This document shows, one piece after another, positions 52,431 to 63,800 of a stretch of DNA of 64,000 nucleotides (position 1 is its first letter; each line of letters begins with the position of its first letter). The notes under the pieces were generated by a model. The model did no database searches, was not told the DNA's origin, and saw only the letters and a program-made list of their open reading frames with translations. The stretch is taken from assembly GCA_003971905.1 (NCBI GenBank), contig RSEE01000085.1, positions 186,001 through 250,000 of the forward strand, written 5' to 3'. Position numbers and translations under genes: made by a program. The stretch comes from Moniliella sp. 'wahieum'. Taxonomy: Eukaryota.

Positions 52431-55425
52431 TTAGAAAAAGGACCACTTGGACTTGGGTTGCGGTCGCAACGGAGCCGTCTTGCCCTGATAAAGCTTCAAG
52501 AGCGTGTCGAGTTTGGTCTGAACCAGCTCCAGCTTCTCTTGCGTCCTTGCAGATCCAGGTGGTCTCGCACTACTGGGTTCTCCCGTGCAAACGCCTCCAC
52601 TTCCCCACGGTTCAACTCTTGGACCAGGCGCGTGTCCAACTCGCGCGGGAACTGGTAGAAAAACTCCGCGAGCAGTTCGATGTTGATAAACATGACCGAT
52701 GTGTACGTCAGCTTGTCCGCTACTACGTTGAGGAACGTCTCGGGGCAGTATGCATCACTCTGTACTCCGGGTCCAGCCTTGCATCGCTTGGAGCCCAACG
52801 CCTTCAACCTCCTCTTCAAGATGTCGGCCCGGGCATCGAGGAAAATGGCCTCGCGGGCCTTACCGCAAGGCGGCATTGTAGTCGGGACGAAGAGGGTCAT
52901 TGGCTTCCAAGTCCTCTTCCACCGTGGGGGGAGCATCCGGGTGGGCCGAGCGTTCTTTGATAGCCCTCCAGCGAGCGGCGGCACGCTGCCGCTGCCGCTC
53001 ATCCAGATCCTTCACATGGCTCACCGCCGCATTCAAACGGGACTTTCCGATGGTGGAGCGGAGTTGCTTGGCTGCTTCCGTGCACATGTCCAGTTCCCGC
53101 TGCAGTAGTGTCGTCGCATCATTGCGCCCCGTGCTCCAGTCCCGCTCTTCAATCTCCACCTCGTACTTGAGCGGCTTGATCGCATTCTCCACCTGGTCCG
53201 CCGTTAGGGTAAAACGCTCACGCAGAATGCCTGCCGCCAATGCCTCAACCCGCTCGGAAGTGGATTTGTGGTGCGCAAACGGTTCCGAAGCGAGCAGACG
53301 CTCCAGCTCCGTGCGGATCGCATTGACAACAATCTGTGTGCTGAGCCGGCCAATGCCTGCCTTGGTCAGGGCCGAGGTGGATGCGTCAAGCTTGTACTTC
53401 CAGTACCGATCCAGTGCTGCGTCTATCTTCTCCATGTCTTCAGCTGTTTTGGGTGCAGGGAGCATTTTGGCCTCCCCCGCAGCGCAAAGCTCGGCGGTGC
53501 GGGCGTCAGACCAGTACATCTGAGCCAAAATGTCCAGCACCTTTTCGTCCAAGGCGTGCTTCAGCAGTGCCCGAGCTTGGGGCTTGCCCAATTGATCGGC
53601 AAGCAGTTGAAGACGGTGCTTGAGCGCATCAATCGTCTCTGCTGCATACGCCTCGGCGGAGATGGAGCGATCATTGTACTGCACCTTAAACGCGTATGCC
53701 GCCTCCTCCAGTTCCATCTGCACCGCCGTCGACACATCTTGCAAACTCGAACCCATGCTCTCCTCGAGCACAGTCATCAACCTCCGCCGAAGGGCATCCG
53801 TACCCAGCAAAGGTTCTACCCCAGCGTGGCGACCCTTGAGCGGGGGCTCGAACGCCACTGCGTTCTGGGCGAAGTAGTCATCCTCCTGTTTCTCAACCGA
53901 GTCAGTTAAGGACGACAAACCCGACCGCCTATGGCTCCGGCCCAGTCGACTCTTGATCAGGGACACCGGATTCTTGGCGACCACGCCCACATACCCCAAA
54001 GCGAGAGGGTAGCGGTTTCCATATAGGATCGAGGCTCCCACTTCGGGTGGGACAAGGTCCATCTTGGTGATCACACCAATTGTGCGGAGGCCTAGCGGGT
54101 CGACCTTGCGGCTGGCTCGCAGGGCAGGAGAGTTGGCCAAGTCCACATCCGCCGCACAAACAGCGAGGATCACATTATTGGTTGAGGGAGCAATGTACTG
54201 CTCACACAGCTTCTCGATCTTCTCCCGTAACTCATCAGGCTGGTCCATCCCAGCCACCTGGACGTAGCCTGGCAGATCAATCATGCTCAGATCGGGCACA
54301 TGGGGCGAGTGAATGTGAAGTTCGATGGGCACGTCGGATACAGCTTGTTCCTTGGGTACAGCCAAATTCATATCCCGTAGCGTCTCTTGGATCTGGCGGA
54401 AATCGCGGATCGGACCTAGGCCCGTGCCAGGGAACTCGCCATACTCCACCACGTCCCCCTTCTTCCCAGTTGCCTTCGTGTGAATCAGGGTCAATTCGAT
54501 GGGCCGGCGGGTAACCATGTTAGAGCCCTTGGGCAAAAACTCATGACCAACAATCGCCTCCAGTACCGAACTCTTTCCGCTGCTCTGGGAGCCAATTACA
54601 ACGATCGAGGGAAGTGCGATCTCCTCGCCAGTATGATCAATGGTCTTGAGAATATTGCGCACCTCAATTAGCTGGCGAGTGAGGTGCATCAAACTGGCCG
54701 CGCTGTCTTGCGAGTCATACGCTTCCTCCTCCTCATCGGCTGCCTGCTCGTCCGAGCCAGACTTGGCAAAGAGGGAGGCAGGCAGCCGCGGGACCCTTAC
54801 CCCCGGGCCCTGAGGACGAAGTAGAAGAACCAGAAGAAGACGCATCCGATCCAGGTTCATCTCCGCTCCCCAGGCCAGCAAAAAAGTCGCGAGCTCGCTC
54901 ACGCATCGAGGTGGCACGATCAATCCACTCGTCGCGTTTCTCCTGGGCCGCGGTAAAGTCGAGACTGTTGACCCAAGTGTCAAATTGAGCGTGAGCCTCT
55001 GAGGTCCATGCACCAGCTGTTCCAATTGCCTCAACGGCCAGGCCCTCGGCCATGAGATAGTACTCATTCAGCCTGGCACGCGCATCGTCGAGCTTACCAC
55101 TGGCATAGGTCAAAATGCCGGCCCCTGTAATGCCGAGCGCAGCTGGAAGGCGGATGAGGCGAAATGCGATACGTGGCACAAATCGGAAGCTGATCGCACG
55201 CACGCTCATGTACCGTAAGGCGGGGGAAGTCGGGGGGAAAGGGGTACCCAAGGCGCGTGGGCGTACGGACAGGAGCGGCGCACGAGTCGGCTGCCCCAAG
55301 AGAGCCGCAGAGGTGAGCGATGAGGTGGGAGGTGAGCGCAAGGCACCCAGGCCGACGCGAGCACCATTGCGAGCAGCGGGATGGAGGCCCACGCGGGCCG
55401 CCAAACGCATTCCCTCAGCACGCAT
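52431..55425 (-). CDS. MGM1: Mitochondrial dynamin-like GTPase Mgm1/Msp1, frameshifted
   Basis: Presequence then hydrophobic segment; [109 protein letters not shown]. Confidence 0.96.
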
Positions 55426-56717
55426 AGGGGCGGGAGGTGGCGATGGTGGCGATGGTGGCGATGAAGGTAGGCAGGGCCAGAGGTGGCAAACACATAGCCG
55501 GCAAGACTGAATACTGACATGCTGACAGCTGAAGCTGACGGGCAGCGCCAGAATGAAATGTCAAAGAAAGACACAGCCCCCGTGCAGAGCAGCCCTCAGC
55601 CCCCCAGGGCTGGTCGGGGGCGGAGGGTAGGAGAAGCAAAAGGAGGCAGCTGGCAAACCGCATTTTATGGGCAGGCACCGAAAGGACCTATATACGAAGC
55701 GCTTGTGTGAGGTTCCATCGCCTGTTTCATCTGCATCTGATAGTCTGTACACCATGAGTACTCACTTGTCCCCACTCTCGTATGCATCACAGCTTCATCC
55801 GTATACTTATCGCAGCGTGCTGGAATTTCATAGGAGCACACCATACACTTTCAAAACTGCCCGTGTGCGAATATCTCGTCCACACGTTCAATCTACAAAC
55901 ACCTTTACCGATGTGGGCAGGGAAACGTTGAGTATGAACACGCATCAAGCAACAGGGTGATCAACGAAGATTAGCATAAGCCCACGGGTACGAGATTGAG
56001 GCCTTCATCTTGATATTGAAGGTGGGAAAGAGACAGCCTCTCATTGGTGCTTGCGCCGTAGTAGACGGCCTCAGCAGCATGACATAGTTTGGCTCTCGGA
56101 CTGCCTCGTAGAACACCCTGAACGTGCCTGAACGTGCCTGAACGACTTGAACTCTCTTTGGATAGGACGCGGTGGGCAGACCAGGACAGGATGTAATGTA
56201 CCGATGACATTGTCCACACCGACACTCACTGGTACTCAGGTGCGGCGAGAACGTTCATATATCATGTCGCCCTTCACGCGGACAACTCCTTCAATGATCT
56301 TCTGCAGTTGTAGTAGAGCCCCTCCCTCCCCTCCTTGCATTGTGCAGCAACGGTGGCTATGCAGGATGAGCAGCGACTATGTACTAGTACTATCAAGAGA
56401 AGATTTTGGGAACAAAATGATCTTGAAGGCCTGACGCATCTACCCAACAAAACGAGCCTCGGAGACGTCGGCGGGAGATGTAGATAGAAACGTAGACAAG
56501 TTATAGACTGCTACAGCCCAGAAGACCCCATCGCCCTGTTGATGTACTTGGCGCCAAGTTGGCCGTGTTGGTTTATGCGATGCTGGAATCATGGCGCTAT
56601 CATGACCAATAGATGATTGATGATTCATCCGATGATGCAAATGGTCTCCAACCCCAAACTAGGCCAACACTTGACTGTAGATTCGGAACCTTTGCCATTG
56701 GATTGGTGCGCGTACAC

Positions 56718-57678
56718 TTAGTCCTTCTTGAGTTCCCTACGAATTACCAGCGTCGCACCGGGAAGCTGTTCATCCTCGCCCCCCTGCGCTTCAACCGCAT
56801 TGAACGGAGCCGCGAGGAGGTTGAGCGCATTTGCAGTGGCGGCACCGACACCGAAGCATCCTCGGCTGTCATCGGTGCATCCTCATCCTTCGTCTCTGCC
56901 GTGGTCTCCGCCTTGGGGTTGCGCACCACAAAGATCTCCAGGCCATCACCAACTTCAATGTGTCGCTCGGTAGCCGAGGTGAAGGAGTCGGTGGCGATGC
57001 TGATCGCATGTTGGAGAGAAATGTGACCTGGGATGGGCAACAGCCGTCCTGGGGTGGCAGTTTGGTTCTTGTACATTACCTGCGAGTCGAGGAACGGTTG
57101 AGTAGACTTTGAGCCGCGCCTGCCGCTCGGCACACTTCCCGTTCGTACGAGCCGACGGGTCAAAGGAATAGACCGCCCCCTTCCCCTCCTCATCCAGGCC
57201 ACCCAGTACATTCCATACATAGTAAGGGAAGAAGCGCTTTCCATATAGGATTGTGCACAGCATCCGTGCAATGCCCGCCAAGGGCATCGATGTGCCATGC
57301 GCATAGCGGTACAGTTCCAAGCGAGCCCGGACCAGTTGCACCAGCGCCTCAGCGTCGGCGGCAAACCCGTTCGTCGCCAACGTCGCACGGTCGTTTCTGG
57401 TGGTGCGGTCGTATGAGTATGACATGTGACAAGACAGAAGCACAGAATATTCATAGAGGGGAGGGAGATACGTACAGACGAAAGACGCGAGGCTTGTAGC
57501 GGGTTTGGATGTTGTAGCCTTCAGACTGACGAGTGTCGCCGGCCAAGACACAAAAGTCTTGTCCTGCCACAGCGAGGATGGAGCCGCCGTTGGAGGTGTA
57601 GGGGTTGAAGCCACGCTGGTTGGGTCCAGCCGCAGTCAAGCCGCCTGGGGCCGAGGCAGGAGCAAGCACAGTTTGCAT
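56718..57678 (-). CDS. PRE7: 20S proteasome beta-6 subunit; intron 57397-57475
   Basis: FNPYTSNGGSILAVAGQDFCVLAGDTRQSEGYNIQTRY, ILYGKRFFPYYV, GKGAVYSFDP, DSFTSATERHIEVGDGLEIF, C-terminal ELKKD. Confidence 0.96.
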
Positions 57679-58045
57679 GGGTTGCGGTTACGAGGTGGCG
57701 ATAGAGATGCAGATGGGGTGATGGGGGCGGGCGAGGGTTGGTCGTGAGCTGGCGTGTGCACCGCCGGGGCCCAGCCAGTGGAACGCGTATGCTCAGGCGG
57801 GCGGAATTTGGGGAGGAGGGGGATCGATGATCGGCAATCGGTGATCAATATTCATTTGAGGATGGATGAAATTGCATCTGCGCAACCACCACCTCCGCCT
57901 TGAATTTGGTGTTTGAAGCACCAAAGGGCTACGAGAAGACGACAACGGCAACCGCGACGCTCGTTCAGCTGCCGCAGCCGATCCACTACCCCCTTTTCGC
58001 ACCTGGCCTCCCTGCTCTGCGCGCAGTTCGAGCGGTGACTGTACC

Positions 58046-58589
58046 ATGCCCTCCATTCGCACCAGCCGGACCAAGGCTCCCCAGAGGGGTTTGAGGAGAT
58101 TGCCGACATTCTGGACGAGTACGAGCGCAAGATGCGAGAGGCGGAGGCCGCGTCGCATGAAGGCAAGCGCCGTACCGAGTCGGTCTGGCCCATTCTGCAG
58201 CTGGCGCACATGCGCACCCGCTATCATTTACGACCTCTACTACAAGCGCGAAGCGATTTCGCGAGAGCTGTACGACTGGCTGATCAAGGAGCGCTATGCG
58301 GATGCCAAGTACGTATTGAGTATTGACTTGAGGCTGGCTGCGCAGGGGGGAAGTACATACTGACCAGAGGTTGCTTGCTGCACTGTTCGATGGCTGCTCT
58401 TCCAGTCTGATGGCCAAGTGGAAGCGGCAAGGATACGAAAAGTTGTGCTGTGTGCGGTGCATTCAGGCGCGCGACAACAACTACGACGGCGCTACGTGCA
58501 TCTGCCGTGTGCCAAAGGCGGTGCTGCGGCCAGGGACGGTGGTGGAATGCCAAAACTGTGGGTGCCGGGGCTGTGCGTCGCAAGACTGA
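58046..58589 (+). CDS. BUD31: Splicing factor Bud31/G10/Cwf14; intron 58309-58405
   Basis: [77 protein letters not shown]. Confidence 0.96.
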
Positions 58590-59451
58590 GTTGAGGAATA
58601 CGATGGATGGATGGCCGATGGTGGTGGGCATGAGGTTCAAGCTAGCTGGCTGAGCTGAAGGGGAACGTGCATGAAGAGGAAACAGGAAGTGCAAAAGGTA
58701 GCACAAAAGGCTGAGCCGGGGGCAGCACGATGGCCAATGGCCGGACGCCAGGCACTACGCCGTGTATAGAAGGGGGTGGCGGGCGTGAGTGCTGAAGGAG
58801 GAGCTCGACGTGGTTCGGAGGCGAGCGCTGAAAAGGGGAGGCTCAGAGACTGACAGTCGATGAAAAGCGCCCCGGGTGAATAGCAACAGGGAGGAATGCA
58901 TAATGCTAGTTGGCAGTGGCGATGGTGAGCGCCGTGTGCACGCCTGAGGGCCGAGGGGTCTGCTGTGGGTGCGGCTGTGACATGTGGCGGTGGCTGGGGG
59001 TGAGCGCTGGCGCGCTGAACGCGGCCGCGCCCCGACAAAATCACATGGCAATCCCATCCCATCCACCGCAGCCGCGGCGTGCAAGCGCTGGGCGTGCAGT
59101 TCCCTCGAACGCTGACGCGCTCAGGCCAGGGCGGCGCGAGCGCACTGAGGGCTGAGCTGAGCTGAGCTGAGGCCACGCGCGGCGTGCTGGAAAATATTTC
59201 CGCCGTCGGCGCTTGCGTTTGCTCCGCCCGTCGACCCATCCGGCATCCCGACCCTGACTGGGCGCTGGCCAGCCAGGCCCGTGGCTGGCCACGCGGCCGC
59301 TGCGGCTGCGGGCACCGCATCCAACGCACGCGCACGCGCAAGCGCTCCCCGCCGCCCCGCTCCCGTGCCACCGCTCCCGTGCCCCCGCTCCCGTGCCCCC
59401 GCCGCCACCGCCACCGCCACCCCGCCACCACCTCCAGCCACCATCCCCACC

Positions 59452-61225
59452 ATGCCCGCCTTTGCGTCCGACTCGGAGCGCACCGAGTCTCCGGCTGCCT
59501 CGCCCGAGCCTGATCCCCATGGCACCCGCACCCGCACCCGCACCGCCAGCCGTACTCGCAGTCGCAGCCGCAGCCACAGTCGCACTCCCAGCCGCAGCCG
59601 CAGCCGCAGTGCCAGCGCCAGCGCCAGCGCCAGTCTTGCCGATACCCCCGCTGCCTCCCCCTCGGCCGCCAGCAAACCCGCCCCGGCCCCCGTACCCCGG
59701 CGGAAGCTCAAGTCGGCAGCGGAAAAGTCGATGGAGATCAACGATCGCGACATCCGTACCCTCTTGCGCGGCGTGCACAAGTGGGGCGACCCAGCGTACC
59801 GCTATGACCAGCTGGTCGAAGAGGCGCGTCTGCAAGGCAAGAATAAGGCCGTCGTCATGCGTACACACGGCCGATCTTCTTGCCATCTGCACTGCCGCTG
59901 TCCAAGCCCACGACCGCCAGCTTCGTGCCATGCTGGCACGCGGTGAGGATGTGTCGAAAGTGCGCCAGAAGGCGGTGCTGGTCAAGTTTCACGGGGTCGA
60001 CAAGATCAATGCGGAAACAACGGTCATTCGGCACAACGATCTCGTCTGTTGGGCGAGACGTTGGATCGACTGAGCGAATCAGGCCAGAATGCGTGGCGCG
60101 TGCCGGCCAAGTCGCCAAGACAACCATGAACTGGTCCGTTCCCTGGACCGCCGAAGATGACGCCCACCTGCTTGTTGGGTGTTACCGCTACGGCCTAGGT
60201 TCGTGGGAGCAAGTCGAAGCTGATCCAGGCCTCAAGCTGGCGGGCAAATTCTTCCTATTGGAAGAGAAGGAAAAAAACAAGAAGGTCGAAGAGGCCAAGA
60301 AAGGAAAGCACAAGCCCAAGGCCAGCCCAACCCCAGCGGCTGTGACCGCCGATGACGGTAGCAAAATCAAGCCCATCCCCAGCTCGGTCCACCTTGTACG
60401 GAGGGCAGATTATTTGCTGAAGGTTCTGCGGGAACACGACGATCATCTCAAGGCCATGGTTGCTGATCCGGTGGATCTTTCGATGGGCGAAGGCTTCCCC
60501 GCTCGTGCCTCCGTCGGGCCGGGGGGCGTGTCGCTTGATTACTCTGATTCAGAGGAGGAAGAGGAGACGATGACGATGATATGGACGAGCCCAGTGCAAG
60601 GAACTACTGCGTCCGTGTCGCAAGCACCTCAAACGTCTGCGAACCGGTCTGGATCCCATGGATCGTGAGCAGACAGTACCTATCCTCAAACTCGCCCTCG
60701 CTGCAATTGGACAACAGATCGAGCGATCGGTCAATGCTCAAGGCCAGAATCAGTCGCGCGCTCAACGCCAGAAGCTCGACCGTCATCTCTGGACGTTTGC
60801 ATCCTACTTTTGGCCTTCGGAGGTACGTCTTCTATCCCTATTCCGTTCATTTTGGATTCACGCTGACATTATCCCAGGTCCAGCCCAGCAAGTTGCGCGA
60901 CCTTTTCAACAAGCTTGTCCAAAACGATTCGCCTGTCCTGGAGGAGAGCGTGTCCGATACTCCTTCCCGCTGGAAAGAAGAGCGTCCGGCCAAGCGCAAG
61001 CACAGCTCCCTGGGTCCTGATTTGGCCAAGAAGCGACGGACAAACGATATGCTGTCACCCCCTCGGCGTATGACTATGACCGTCTTCCCAAGGCTCGGGT
61101 TACCGCTCCGAGTCCAGAGGGCACGACGCGCTCTCGCCGCGACTCGAAGCGAGACAGCCGCGGCGCGATCATCGGGATTACGGGGACCATCGTTCGCGCT
61201 CCCCACGCCTGGTTGGGGCTCCTAG
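59452..61225 (+). CDS. Chd1-like protein comprising only SANT-SLIDE DNA-binding and CHCT/DUF4208 domains plus an RS-rich N-terminus; intron 60823-60877; frameshifted
   Basis: DRDIRTLLRGVHKWGD; NWSVPWTAEDDAHLLVGCYRYGLGSWEQVEADPGLKLAGKFFL; IPSSVHLVRRADYLL; RPCRKHLKRL..LAAIGQQIE..LWTFASYFWP. ATG in CACCATG context; stop is approximate. Confidence 0.85.
59521..59635 (+). repeat. Compound coding hexamer repeats (CGCACC/CGCAGC/GCCAGC) encoding TR, RS and SA dipeptide runs
   Basis: GTRTRTRTASRTRSRSRSHSRTPSRSRSRSASASASAS read directly. Confidence 0.9.
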
Positions 61226-61397
61226 TTCTATATATCCTTGTCTTTGGCGAGATACCTACCACCTGTACCAGTTCGGAATCCTTCGTTACATCTCACTCGC
61301 GTTTGCACTCGGAGCTCTAGTGCCCCCAGCAACCCGAATTGTTTAGCCAAAGACAATATTGCCATAGTTTCGTCCGCTCGTCTTGCCTACAAGCGGG

Positions 61398-63800
61398 TTA
61401 CAGTTCCTCATCTTCATCAACAGCGACAGGTGCCTCGGCTTGCTTTCCTCCTCCTCCTCATCCTCATCGCTGCCCCCCTCGACGTTCAAGAGAGCAAACG
61501 CGTTCTTCGGCTGGGCCGAGGAGCAGCGACCTCCTCATCGTCCGTATCAATGGCCTCAGGCGAGGTAGGTTTGGGCCCAGCGCCCGGGGCAAAACTTGGA
61601 TTGTCCTGAGCCTGCGGCGTACCTCGGGGTCCTCCTCCTCGGCAAGGCCCATACCCATCTCGATCAATTCGCCCAGACCATCCGCGTTAGCCCGACGTTC
61701 ACGGCGAGCGAGTTTGCGGGCCTTTTTGCGCCTTGCCCTTGGACTGCAACTGGATCCCCTCGAGTTCTTGCTCGGAAAAGATGGTAGCCAATTGAGAGCG
61801 CTTGCCGAGGTCGGTATGCTTGCGCTCTTGCGCTGCCTTGCGTTGCTTCTCCAACCAGGAGGGAGGTTCTGCGTCGCCTCCACAGGTTCTTCAGATCCTC
61901 CGCCGCGGGGACGGGGACCATCACATCATCTTCCTCCGGCGGGGGCGGGGGTCGGAGACGACGTGGCACCAAATCCTCATCATCTGAGTCCGTGTCGAAA
62001 CCAGTGGGTTGAAGGTATGAAGGAACCATCTCTTCCTCCTCATCGGAATCGTCTAGGTCCCTCCGCCTTTTCCCAAGCGAAGTGTGGCGGGTTCGGAAAC
62101 CAGAGCAGGGGCCGGGACGGGGGGCAGAGGACAATAGCTTCGTCTTCGTCATTCCTCGATCGTCTCAACTACGGCGGCACGATCCAATCCTGTTGGGTAG
62201 CAAAACCTGCGTTCGCGGGCTTGGAGCGCTGCGCCGCCTTGGGCTACACTTCCCGGCCCGTGTTGCCCTCGTCGGCGGCTTGAGCACCTTGCAGCGCCTC
62301 GTCCGGATTGTCCAGCCCGGCAAAGAGCGCATCTAGATCAAACTCCTTATCCAATGTGGTCTTGATTTCGCTTGTGGCGTTAATTGCAGCCCGAGCGGCT
62401 TCAGCGTCGGTCTGCTGCGAAACCGAAGACGTAGGTGCCTTGGTGGTCGCATTGGGGTCAACGAGGGCGGGAACGATGAACGAGCGGAGGTGCAGTGCAG
62501 TACTTGATTTTGCCCACATTCCAATCATGCAGAACCGAGCGGGCTGAACCCTCGAGATCCGGTGCGCCGGTAGCAGATTGTAGCCGTCCTCGGCGCAGGG
62601 CGAGGCGGAGGAGGAAGCGTTGTGCCATAAGTAGGGTAGGGGAGGGAATCGGTTGTGTCACATCCACTTCGTCTCCTTCTTGACCAAGGGAAGAGGAAGG
62701 CGGGAGGTCGTACACTTCTTCCAATTGGGAAATGGGGACACGGGAAAGGATGGCTCGGACGGGAGTGATAGGGTCTTCCAGTAATTCGACCTTAACCACG
62801 TTTCGGAGGGCAGCAGCCATCGTGTCAAACTCAGTCATCCCCTTCCCGGCCGAGGGAGGCTCATGAAATGACACGCCGGGGCAATCGATCAGCCGGATCT
62901 TTTTGTCGAGCGCGACAGATTGGAGCACCTTGGTGTGACCCGGGGTAGAGGCCACACCACATACCCGGGCCCGCTTGAGCGAATTGATCAGGGAAGACTT
63001 GCCCACATTGGGCGCTCCAAAGATCCCGACCGTCAAGGATGTCTTGACTGAAAAGTTACGCGAATAGTTCTTCATTAGCTGCAACAGCGCGGTGGCTCCC
63101 AAAGCCTCGTTGCCTGTGTGCAATGCGCCGGCCCCCGCGGAGGGCACCTTCCCAGCCCCCTGGGCTAGATGAGAGCGCTGCTGCTGCGTCGAGGCCTTGA
63201 ATGCCAAGGTGGTAAAGTCATGGCGTAAAAATTTGAGCCACCGCTCCACGTTTTCTCGCGGCACCAAATCAACCTTGTTGAGAATGAGAATCACCCTTTT
63301 TCCCTGTCCCAAGGCCAGGGTCTCGGTGGTCAAGGACCTACAGGCCATCGGGTCCCGCGCATCCAACACCTCCAATAACACATCCGAAGATGCAATCAGT
63401 TCCTTCAACTGACCCGAGTAGGCACGCAGAGAACTGTCCTTGCCCCCCGTCAATGCTCGGTCCGCCGAAAGGGAGGCATACGTCTCCCCCTCTGCGTCGG
63501 GGCGGAGGGTAAATTGAAAGTCGGATTGGGGCACTTGGGCAACAGTAGCCGTTTCCGACGCAAGGGACCCACCTTCACCAGCTTCGTCCATCTCTACCTC
63601 GCCTCCCCGGACCTCGTCCCGCTCTCGTGCGGCGGCGGCGGCGGCAGCGTACTTGCGATGCTTAAAAAGGCAGGCAGGCCTTCCTTTCCTCCACCGCCAT
63701 TGGGGCCGGAAGTAGGAAGCGCGCCTTTCCTTTGGGCACCGTTGCGCTTGTCCTGTCTCCCTTGCTGCTTGCGGCGGCTGGCAGCGGTACGTTGCCCCAT
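61398..63800 (-). CDS. NUG1: Circularly permuted nucleolar GTPase, Nug1/GNL3/Grn1 family, frameshifted
   Basis: SDVLLEVLDARDP, G4 LNKVDLVP, WLKFLRHDFTTLAFKAS, G1 GAPNVGKSSLINSL, G2 TPGHT, G3 DCPG, DWNVGKIKYCTAPP. Confidence 0.88.

Noticed and set aside
1440..63800. Programmed frameshifting, RNA editing or mass pseudogenisation to explain the broken ORFs
   Set aside because: Single-base indels hit essential conserved genes (SKP1, PRE7, BUD31, MGM1, NUG1) at scattered sites while the motifs stay intact. Unpolished long-read error is far more parsimonious; short-read polishing would confirm.
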